Shown one piece after another: positions 1 to 7,490 of a DNA stretch of 24,638 nucleotides. The stretch covers positions 1 to 24,638 of the forward strand of contig JANLPS010000042.1 of the NCBI GenBank assembly GCA_031367385.1, read 5' to 3'. The notes beneath the pieces were generated by a model. That model was not told the origin of the DNA. It ran no database searches and saw only the letters and a program-made list of their open reading frames with translations. The position numbers and the translations under genes are program-made. The stretch comes from Archangium sp. (lineage in GTDB: Bacteria > Myxococcota > Myxococcia > Myxococcales > Myxococcaceae). Position 1 is the stretch's first letter. Each line of letters opens with the position of its first letter.

Positions 1-1
1 G

Positions 2-715
2 ATCTACACCGACGTCGACGGGGTCTACACCACCGACCCGAACATCTGCCCCAAGGCCAAGAAGCTCGACCGAATCAGCTACGAAGAGATGCTCGAATTG
101 GCCAGCCTGGGCGCGAAGGTGCTGCAGATTCGCTCGGTCGAATTCGCGATGAAGTACCGGGTGCCGCTGTGGGTCAAATCGTCGTTCACCGACGACCCCG
201 GTACGCTGGTCTGCCAGGAGGATGCCTCGATGGAAGACGTGGTCGTCAGCGGAGTGGCCCTCGATCGCAACGAGGCGAAGATCTCGATTCGCGAAGTGCC
301 CGACAAGCCCGGCATCGCTGCGCACATCTTCGGGGCCCTCGACGCCAAGGCGATCGTGGTCGATTTGATCGTGCAGAACACCGCGGTCACCGGCAAGACC
401 GACCTCACCTTCACCGTTGGCAAGGCCGACCTGGCCAAGGCCCGCGACGTGGTCACCGAGGTCGCCAAGGAGATCAAAGCCGGCAGCGTCGAGTCAGACG
501 TCGAGATCGCGAAGATCTCGATCGTCGGCGTGGGCATGCGCAACCACTCCGGCGTCGCGGCGAGAATGTTTCGCGTGCTCTTTAACGAAGGCATCAACAT
601 CATGGCGATCTCGACCTCCGAGATTCGGGTCTCGTGCGTGATCAGCGCGAAGTACGGAGAGCTCGCTGTGCGGGCCCTTCACACTGAGTTCGGCCTCGAC
701 GACCCGGCCGCCTGA
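2..715 (+). CDS. lysC: Aspartate kinase, C-terminal part (truncated by window start)
   Basis: Frame from nt 2 reads IYTDVDGVYTTDPNICPKAKKLDRISYEEMLELASLGAKVLQIRSVEFA (kinase domain), then two ACT domains (VPDKPGIAAHIF; KISIVGVGMRNHSGVAARMF...ISTSEIRVS); TGA at 713-715. Confidence 0.97.
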   Translation: MYTDVDGVYTTDPNICPKAKKLDRISYEEMLELASLGAKVLQIRSVEFAMKYRVPLWVKSSFTDDPGTLVCQEDASMEDVVVSGVALDRNEAKISIREVPDKPGIAAHIFGALDAKAIVVDLIVQNTAVTGKTDLTFTVGKADLAKARDVVTEVAKEIKAGSVESDVEIAKISIVGVGMRNHSGVAARMFRVLFNEGINIMAISTSEIRVSCVISAKYGELAVRALHTEFGLDDPAA

Positions 716-717
716 CG

Positions 718-1122
718 ATGAACCGGGTTCGCTGGTCGGTGGTGGTGGTGGTGGGAGCCCTCGCACTCGGCGTGGGCACCTGGCTCCGATGGCCTTCTTC
801 AAGGCCGGCGCTCGATTGTGACCCACTGCTGGTCGGCGTCGACGATGCGGGCACTGCGCGTTGCGGCGCCCCGGGCGCGTTGCCAGCCGCGCAGGCGCTC
901 ACGATTGGCAAGAAGCTCGATCTGAACCGCTGCACGGCGGCGGAGCTCGCATTGGTGCCCGGCGTCGGGCGCCAGCTCGCCGCACGCATTGTCGAAGAAC
1001 GGGCGAAGCTCGGCCAGTTTTCGAGCTGGGACGAGGTCGATCGCGTCTCGGGTGTGGGTCTGGCGCGCCTCGAAACGCTGCACCAAAGCGTTCAGTTAGG
1101 CGATGTCGACGCAGGGCTGTGA
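718..1122 (+). CDS. comEA: ComEA-family helix-hairpin-helix DNA-binding protein with N-terminal membrane anchor
   Basis: N-terminal hydrophobic helix (WSVVVVVGALALGVGTW); C-terminal LDLNRCTAAELALVPGVGRQLAARIVEER...FSSWDEVDRVSGVG is a tandem HhH typical of ComEA. Starts 2 nt after the lysC stop. Confidence 0.85.
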   Translation: MNRVRWSVVVVVGALALGVGTWLRWPSSRPALDCDPLLVGVDDAGTARCGAPGALPAAQALTIGKKLDLNRCTAAELALVPGVGRQLAARIVEERAKLGQFSSWDEVDRVSGVGLARLETLHQSVQLGDVDAGL

Positions 1123-1134
1123 TAGAAAAGCGTC

Positions 1135-2883
1135 GTGCTCATCTCCTGCGAGAAGTGCTCGACCACGTACGTGCTCGACGACGGGTTGATACCACCCGGT
1201 GGTGCTCCGGTTCAGTGCACTCGCTGCGGCAACGTGTTCACGGCCAGGCCCGGTGGAGGCTCTGAGGCCACGCCCCCGCCGGCTCCGGTCGCACCGGCCC
1301 CCGCAGCGCCTCGCAGTGATGCAGCCAGCCAGACGATGATGTTCGGAGCGGCACCCGTCACGAGCGCGCCCCCCCCTCCCGCCGCTGCTCCGTCGCGCGC
1401 GGCGAGTCAGACGATGGTCTTCGGCAGCCCGGCCGTTGCCGCTGCGGGCGCTTCGGCTTCGGCTCCGGCTCCGGCGGTCAACACCACCATGATGTTCGGT
1501 ACGCCGGCTGCCAACGCGGCGGCCGCGGCGGCTGCGGCGGCGCCTCCGAATTCTCCCAAGCCGAACCAGACGATGGTCTTCGGTTCGGGCGCTCCTGCGG
1601 CGGCACCCAAACCTCCGCCACCGACCTTCGGCCCACCGCAGACGGCTGGCAAAGAGGTCGTCTTCGGGGCTCCATCGACCGGCGCCGGCGCACCCCCCAG
1701 CCACAACCAGACCATGATGTTCGGGCTCAAGGCTCCGGTTGCAGGTGAGCCCTCCGCCCCGCCGCCCGCAGCGCCAGCTGCGAAGCCAGTGGCGACCACG
1801 GCGATGTTCGGAGCGGTTCAGGCCACCGGGCCGATACCGCAGGCGTCGACCAAAGCCCCCAACAGCACGATGATGTTCGGCAAGCCACCCCCCGAGGCCG
1901 CCGCGCCTCCTGAAGCGAACCTGAACAAGACGATGGCGTTCGGCATGCCGGCGTTGCCGCCGCCGCCGTCGTCGGTGGGCCGCTCGACGATGATCTTCGG
2001 GGCTGCCGATGCGAGCAAACCGCCGATGCCCAAGGTGACTCCGGGTGGCGCGCCGGTCGCGCAGATCACCGAGAGCACGGTGCGGGTCGACCTCGACGCC
2101 ATGATGCGTGAGCGTGGCCAGGCCGGTGAGGCCGAGGCCAGCCCAGACCGCCACAACCGCACACAGTTGTTCGCGATGAATGAAGCGCGCGGGGGTGAGA
2201 AGACGCCCCCCGAGGCCTTCGCGTCGCCGCTGGCCGGTGAAGCGAATCTGAATACAGGCTCGGTCGGGCAGGCTCCGGGTGTTCGACATGAGCGTACGCA
2301 GCTGTTCTCGATGACTCCGGGCAGCAAGCCCGCGGGCAATGTGCCGGCGTCTCGCGAATTCTCGAATGACGTGACCCTGCCGCCCGACGGCGCGATGCGC
2401 ACCACGATGATGTTCGGCGCGACGAACAATGCAGACACCGCGCCGGGGTTGCCAGGGGTGACGCCTGAGCTGCTGCGGCAGCCGATCTCGTCTGACGGTG
2501 CCACGACCGGCCCGAACCTCGTGCCGCTGATCGTCAAAGACCTTCGCAGCTCGCCGCTCGAGCGCTCGTTCGAGACGACCGATACCGACTCGCCGATTCG
2601 CTCGAGTGACAGCTCGCAAGATCTCGCGCCGCACGCCGAAGACTCGCTCGAGGGCAATGAGCAGGCCTTCGCGGCGATCGAGTCGTCGACCCGCCGAAGA
2701 AATACGATCGCGGTGATCGTGCTGCTGGTAGCCGTGCTCGCCGCCGGGAGCGCCGTGGCGTGGCAGTTCTATCTTCGCCCGATGCTCGGTGGAGAGACGC
2801 CGACCAAGGTCATGGTGCCGAAGGGCGAGAAGCCTGAGAAGGCTGAGAAAGTCGAGAAGACCGAGAAGCCCGCCAAGGAGTGA
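1135..2883 (+). CDS. MJ0042-type zinc-ribbon protein with long Pro/Ala-rich linker carrying repeated TxxFG motifs and a C-terminal TM helix
   Basis: GTG start; CEKC-x19-CTRC zinc ribbon; low-complexity linker; RRRN followed by hydrophobic IAVIVLLVAVLAAGSAVAWQFYL; short xEK-repeat tail. Confidence 0.85.
   Translation: MLISCEKCSTTYVLDDGLIPPGGAPVQCTRCGNVFTARPGGGSEATPPPAPVAPAPAAPRSDAASQTMMFGAAPVTSAPPPPAAAPSRAASQTMVFGSPAVAAAGASASAPAPAVNTTMMFGTPAANAAAAAAAAAPPNSPKPNQTMVFGSGAPAAAPKPPPPTFGPPQTAGKEVVFGAPSTGAGAPPSHNQTMMFGLKAPVAGEPSAPPPAAPAAKPVATTAMFGAVQATGPIPQASTKAPNSTMMFGKPPPEAAAPPEANLNKTMAFGMPALPPPPSSVGRSTMIFGAADASKPPMPKVTPGGAPVAQITESTVRVDLDAMMRERGQAGEAEASPDRHNRTQLFAMNEARGGEKTPPEAFASPLAGEANLNTGSVGQAPGVRHERTQLFSMTPGSKPAGNVPASREFSNDVTLPPDGAMRTTMMFGATNNADTAPGLPGVTPELLRQPISSDGATTGPNLVPLIVKDLRSSPLERSFETTDTDSPIRSSDSSQDLAPHAEDSLEGNEQAFAAIESSTRRRNTIAVIVLLVAVLAAGSAVAWQFYLRPMLGGETPTKVMVPKGEKPEKAEKVEKTEKPAKE
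2821..2880 (+). repeat. Coding 9-bp-period repeat encoding (x-E-K)n tail
   Basis: ggcgagaag cctgagaag gctgagaaa gtcgagaag accgagaag = GEK PEK AEK VEK TEK. Confidence 0.7.
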
Positions 2884-2893
2884 ACGGGCTTTT
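2866..2893 (+). terminator. Possible weak intrinsic terminator between convergent genes
   Basis: aagcccg (2866-2872) pairs with cgggctt (2885-2891), followed by a short T run; large loop spans the stop codon. Confidence 0.3.
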
Positions 2894-2898
2894 GGGTC

Positions 2899-3663
2899 TT
2901 ACTCGGCGGTGCGTGTACCGACGGCCTTTGATTCGTTCGGCAGCACCGTGGCGTAGCCCGCGAAGAGCTGCGCGGTGAGCTGCGGCGCTCCGGCGTTCGC
3001 CGCGCGGAGCCAGTCATTCACCGGCCGCCCGTCGGGGTTCGTCGCTTTGTCTTTGAAGGCGAGGTTCATGCGGTATCGAACGACCCCGCGTGCGACTCGG
3101 TGAATCACGATGACGGTGCCGTCTTCTTCGATCTTCTCGACCAACCCGACGTGGGTCAGCCCGTCATTGTTTCGCCCATCGCGGTTCAAGTCGTAGGTGT
3201 CGCGAAAGAAGACCAGGTCTCCGCCGACGGGCCGGCCGCCCTCGTAAACCCGGCCGTGCGTCGTGGCGAAGCGGTAGATCGCGGTCACCCCGTTGTCGCC
3301 GGGGCCGGCGGCTGACATCAAGTCGATGCCTACCTGCGCGTACACGCCGCGCACCAGCCCAGTGCAGTCGTCGCCGTAGCGCTTACCGCCGAGCACGACG
3401 TGTTGTTTGCCTACCAGCCGCGCCGCCGCGCTGACTGTCGCCTCTCGTGAGCCCGGAGGCACGGTGACTACTCGCTGCTCGTCTGGCACCTCGGCGGTCT
3501 GGGGCTCGGGCTGTGCGGGGTGCGCGTCGGGGATCTGGCGCGGCGCCGCGGCGCGACCGAAAGGCTCGTACCCCTCGGTCGTCGTCGACCGGGCGCCCAG
3601 AGGCACACCGGTCGCGCACCCGGTGGCGAGAAAGGCGAGCAACAGGGCGCGAGCCGGCGTCAT
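2899..3663 (-). CDS. NlpC/P60 (CHAP-like) peptidoglycan hydrolase family lipoprotein
   Basis: ATG at 3663 gives MTPARALLLAFLATGC (signal peptide + lipobox); catalytic DCTGLV, GDLVFF, THVGLV and IH motifs. The ORF-track start at 3723 is an unlikely extension. Confidence 0.85.
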   Translation of the reverse strand: MTPARALLLAFLATGCATGVPLGARSTTTEGYEPFGRAAAPRQIPDAHPAQPEPQTAEVPDEQRVVTVPPGSREATVSAAARLVGKQHVVLGGKRYGDDCTGLVRGVYAQVGIDLMSAAGPGDNGVTAIYRFATTHGRVYEGGRPVGGDLVFFRDTYDLNRDGRNNDGLTHVGLVEKIEEDGTVIVIHRVARGVVRYRMNLAFKDKATNPDGRPVNDWLRAANAGAPQLTAQLFAGYATVLPNESKAVGTRTAE

Positions 3664-3725
3664 GCTGCTACAGACTGACGCATTGGAGACTGCCGTCAAT
3701 TCTCCAGTCGAGGTAAGGGGCACTG

Positions 3726-5378
3726 ATGGTTCGCACCCTGGCCGTCGTCGCCGCGCTCGCTTTGTGTGCCTGTCGCGACAGCGCGTACAGCGCCGCGTCG
3801 AAGACCGACACCATCGAGGGGTGGCGGCACTTTCTCGACGGCCACCCGAAAGATCAGAACGTCGACGCCGCGACGGAGCGCCTCATCGAGCTCGAGCTCG
3901 AGCAGGCCAAGAAGTCGCACACCGTGCTCGCGTACAAGCGCTTCATTGAGCAATTTCCCCAGGCTGATCAGGTGGGTACGGTGAGGGTGTTGCTCGAGAC
4001 GCTGCGATTCAACGCGGTGGTCGAGAAGCCCAGCGCGCCAGCGTGGCGGAGTTTTTTGCGCGACCACCCCGAGGGTGCGCACCATCTCGAGGCTGAACAA
4101 CAGCTCGCGGCGCTCGAGCTCGCCGAGGTCTCTCGCATGACCGACCCGGCGAGGTTGGCGCAGCTCTCGGCCGAGAACCCCGATGACCCGCGCGGCCTCG
4201 AGGCCACCACCAAGCTCGATGAGGTCGATTGGTCGAACGCGGTCACCGCGGCGAAGGCGTACGCGTACCTGCGTGAGCACCCGGCTGGCGCGCACCGCGA
4301 TGATGCGAAGCTGCGCCTGCTCTCATTGCAGCTCGAGGGGTTGCTGGTCTCTGGGCTGGTCGAAGAGGCCGAGGCGTTGGCGAAGAAGAACCCGCTGGGC
4401 GCGAAGCTCAAAGACCTCGGAGCGCGAGTGACGAAGGCCAAGACCGTTCGCGCGTTGAACCAGGCGAAAGACGAGCGAATTCGCCGCGCGCTGGCGGGCT
4501 ACCACCTGCGAGAAGTCGATGACCTGACCAAGGGCATGCTCGGCAGCCCCGACCCGATGGATCGATGGGACGCGGCTGAAGAGCTCGGGTTTCAGGTGAC
4601 CGTGCGCGCGATTGATCCGCTCCTCGAGGTGTTTCGCACCGCGCGGTCGCCGTTGTTGCGGCAGAAGGCCTTCGAGTCGCTGTCGGCCGTGCTGCAGGCG
4701 CTGCCCCATGAGGTGGCGGAGTATGAGGTGGCCACCCGGGTCGAGGGGCTGCGGGCCCAGGCCTCTGATGCGCAGCTCTACTTGTCGGCTGCGGTCTTGC
4801 TCGATGTCACAGGGCAACTGCAGCTCGCTTCGACCGAGTACCAACGCGCGTGGGACGCGAATGCGCCCGACCCGGTCGTGCTGCGGCGCTGGGCGCTGCT
4901 GCGGCAGGAGCGCAGGCAGTTTTTCTCGGCGGCGGTCGCGGCCCGGCAGCTGGCGCTGTGGGCGATCGCCCAGGTTCAGAACGCGAACCCGGTCGTGCCC
5001 GCGACCGCGTTGAGCTCGGCGCGTGAGCTTTGCGCGGTGTTCGAAGCGGCGATTTTTTCGAAGGGCATCATCGCAGAGGCGAAGAAACAGAAGACCGAGT
5101 TCCCCGAAGATCTCGAGGTGTTCTGGCTGCGGGCGCTCGATGCTGAGCGGCTCTCGAGCGCGAAGCTGCGAGATGCAGAGCTGGCGATGCTGACCGAGAA
5201 CCCTTCGGCGCGGCGGTGCGGTGAAGATGCGGTGCGGGCGCGGTTCGATGATGGCGTCAAAGAGCGGCTGGCGGTGATTGCTGATTTGAAGAGCAAGCCG
5301 GCGCGCGAGAATCAGCTGCTGTTCGAGACGCTGCAGGCGCGTGATCCGTCACCGGCGATTCGGGCGGCGGTGAGATAG
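3726..5378 (+). CDS. Lipoprotein with TPR-like (F/YLxxH/FP) repeats and HEAT-like repeats
   Basis: MVRTLAVVAALALCAC lipobox; four helical repeats (WRHFLDGHP, YKRFIEQFP, WRSFLRDHP, AYAYLREHP); HEAT-like DPMDRWDAAEELG, SPLLRQKAFESL, DPSPAIRAA. Confidence 0.8.
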   Translation: MVRTLAVVAALALCACRDSAYSAASKTDTIEGWRHFLDGHPKDQNVDAATERLIELELEQAKKSHTVLAYKRFIEQFPQADQVGTVRVLLETLRFNAVVEKPSAPAWRSFLRDHPEGAHHLEAEQQLAALELAEVSRMTDPARLAQLSAENPDDPRGLEATTKLDEVDWSNAVTAAKAYAYLREHPAGAHRDDAKLRLLSLQLEGLLVSGLVEEAEALAKKNPLGAKLKDLGARVTKAKTVRALNQAKDERIRRALAGYHLREVDDLTKGMLGSPDPMDRWDAAEELGFQVTVRAIDPLLEVFRTARSPLLRQKAFESLSAVLQALPHEVAEYEVATRVEGLRAQASDAQLYLSAAVLLDVTGQLQLASTEYQRAWDANAPDPVVLRRWALLRQERRQFFSAAVAARQLALWAIAQVQNANPVVPATALSSARELCAVFEAAIFSKGIIAEAKKQKTEFPEDLEVFWLRALDAERLSSAKLRDAELAMLTENPSARRCGEDAVRARFDDGVKERLAVIADLKSKPARENQLLFETLQARDPSPAIRAAVR

Positions 5379-5476
5379 CGGCGGTGGGGCTTTGATGTGG
5401 CGGGTCCAGACGTGCAGCCAATGCGGAGGCGCCTCTCGCGAACCTGCATCACTCGTTCTGTTCAGCGTTGCGCCTG

Positions 5477-5959
5477 GGTGGCCTTGGGTGAGGGCGGGGT
5501 GAGGTGTTTGGCGAAGGGCGGGGCGAAGAACCCGAGCGCCTTGGCGCGAAGCCGGCGTCACTCGTTTGCTCAGCGCTGGCGAGGTGAGAGCGGTGCAGGT
5601 TGCAGGCGCTGGGCTTCGGCTCCGTGACTCGGGCGGCGGCGCCTTGATCGTGGTTCGAGGGATGCTCTGTCGTCACTCGGCTGCTCGATGAGGCGAGCCC
5701 GCGCAGGGTTTTCAGAACGACAACTGCGTTGCCTATTTGGGGGTCGGGAGCGGGCGCAGGTGTTCGCGATCGACAGAGCTGTTGTCTCACTTTTTCTGAA
5801 ATACGAAACGCAGTTGTCGATTCAAAAACATCGCGCCGGGAGGACACCCCCAGGGCACTCACTCATCGCCCAAGTCACGAGGTCGATGCGCCATGGAGCT
5901 GGTCTTCGACGCCCGACCGGCCGCACCCACCATCAACCGGCCCTCACCCCAAAGCCACC
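5477..5959. repeat. Large intergenic element with three nested imperfect inverted-repeat pairs
   Basis: Arms 5477-5506/5928-5959, 5623-5635/5867-5879 and 5708-5738/5799-5829; the innermost pair has a perfect 13-bp core cgacaactgcgtt/aacgcagttgtcg. Confidence 0.75.
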
Positions 5960-5960
5960 A

Positions 5961-7397
5961 TCAGGCCCTCCGTCGCCGATGAGCGCGCTGCCACGCCCCG
6001 TCGACCTTCTCGAACACGAAGCCCTCGAGCTCGAATCTCTTCACCTGCGACGGCGCCAGCGCCAACCCCTCTTCGATCGCCTGATTTCGCTCGAAGGTAT
6101 CGGCCATCGGGCTCGCCAGCCGGGTCAACGACAGGTCCGTCACGCTCGGCGGCAACGTCGCCTTGATCGCCTCGACCACGCTCGCCGGTGACGCCCGCTT
6201 GGACCACGGCAAGATCACCATCAGCGTCTTGAGCCCGATGAACCGAGAGAGCAGCTTCACCCACGGCCAGCTCTTCGGCTCGCCGGGCGACTGCACCGAC
6301 GACGGGTGCAGCGTCACCCCCTTGAGCGGCGGCATCTCCTCGAGCGTGAGCAACGTATCAATACCGAAAGCACCCACATTGATCGCCAGCTCGAGCGACC
6401 TCATCGCCGGCGTGATGAACGCGATCTTGTCGAACCGAAGCTCCTTCACCGTCGCCCACTCCGCGAACTCGAAGGCCTGTCTGGCCTGGTAGATGCGCTT
6501 CACATTGCAGCTCACCACCGAGGGGAAACCCTTCTCGAACTCCACCATCGACTTGACCACGAAGGGCGCCAGCGGGCCGAGCCAGGCATTGCGGTGCTTC
6601 TTGAGTAGACTCGCCTCGCGTCTGACGCCTTCAGCCGAGATCGTGCCATTCGCGCGTTGAAACTGCAGCGTGATGAACTCTCCGTGGGGGTCTGCGCGCT
6701 CGTTGAGCCTGTCGGCGTAGATCTGCCGCAACGCATCGTCTGCCGGCTTGGCGTACACCGCTGCCAGGAGCGCTGACTCCGACTCGAACCCCGGTGCCTC
6801 GTCGGGCTGATCAATCACCGGCAGCAGCTCGACCTCGTCGACCACTTGCTCGAGCCCGTCGATCAGGTTCAGAAGCTCGGGCGGTACGGCCGCCGTCACC
6901 GCGACCCGCACCTGCGCTTCGCGCAACTCATGCTCGGCCAGCTCACGCGCCGGGTCGACATGCTTCTTCGCCAGCTGCATCAGATCATGCTCGGGGTACG
7001 TGAACCCCATCAGCTCCGATGCGAACTGACCGATGCGCGGGTCGGGAGGAAACGCGCGCAGCACCCGAAGGCGGCCGCGAACGAAGTGGTACCGGGTCTT
7101 TTCTTGCTCGACGATCTCTCCCAGTTCGGTGAGCAACGGGCCTACATCGGCCGCTCGCTTGAGACGGGCGCGGTGGCACCAGGCGAGGTAGCGGCGCTGC
7201 TGCTCGGTCTGCGGAGGCAGCAACGTCACCGGCAGCTTGGCGTCGACCCGCTCGATCAGCGACGTCAGCTCGGGCAGCCGCGCCTTCTCCCACGCCCGCA
7301 GGAGCAGCGTCAGCGCCTCATCGCCGCGCCCGGCTTCGAGCTGGCCCCGCGCCTCCCGGAGCCACGCGACGACTGGACCAAATTTTCGTGCTGCCAT
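5961..7397 (-). CDS. TIGR02996 (repeat-companion) domain protein with degenerate LRR-like C-terminus
   Basis: ATG at 7397 ([10 protein letters not shown]); central [39 protein letters not shown]...[13 protein letters not shown]...FEKGF is the TIGR02996 pattern. The track's extension to 7958 is antisense to sucC. Confidence 0.8.
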   Translation of the reverse strand: MAARKFGPVVAWLREARGQLEAGRGDEALTLLLRAWEKARLPELTSLIERVDAKLPVTLLPPQTEQQRRYLAWCHRARLKRAADVGPLLTELGEIVEQEKTRYHFVRGRLRVLRAFPPDPRIGQFASELMGFTYPEHDLMQLAKKHVDPARELAEHELREAQVRVAVTAAVPPELLNLIDGLEQVVDEVELLPVIDQPDEAPGFESESALLAAVYAKPADDALRQIYADRLNERADPHGEFITLQFQRANGTISAEGVRREASLLKKHRNAWLGPLAPFVVKSMVEFEKGFPSVVSCNVKRIYQARQAFEFAEWATVKELRFDKIAFITPAMRSLELAINVGAFGIDTLLTLEEMPPLKGVTLHPSSVQSPGEPKSWPWVKLLSRFIGLKTLMVILPWSKRASPASVVEAIKATLPPSVTDLSLTRLASPMADTFERNQAIEEGLALAPSQVKRFELEGFVFEKVDGAWQRAHRRRRA

Positions 7398-7490
7398 GTC
7401 GGTTCGCTCGTTGTTGGAGACAAGCGCGGCAGAACTCGGTACACCCGTCGCGTTCCATTTTCGACCAAAAGAGTCGGAGCACAGACCCTC

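Noticed and set aside
1096..2657. Long antisense ORFs (512 aa, 279 aa), and similar ones opposite sucCD, iscS and nnr
   Set aside because: Arg/Ser-rich shadow frames expected in high-GC DNA opposite well-supported genes.
1135..2883. Calling the zinc-ribbon gene gltJ/agmX
   Set aside because: No GYF domain or periplasmic TonB-C-like domain is visible; only the zinc ribbon and TM are shared.
5397..6191. Short ORFs in the 5379-5960 gap (76, 137, 145, 167 aa)
   Set aside because: No recognisable motif, atypical composition and mutual overlap; the repeat structure explains the region better.
6846..7490. N-terminal extension of SucC (602-aa ORF)
   Set aside because: Antisense shadow of the TIGR02996 gene; the canonical MKIHEYQ start is at 7491.
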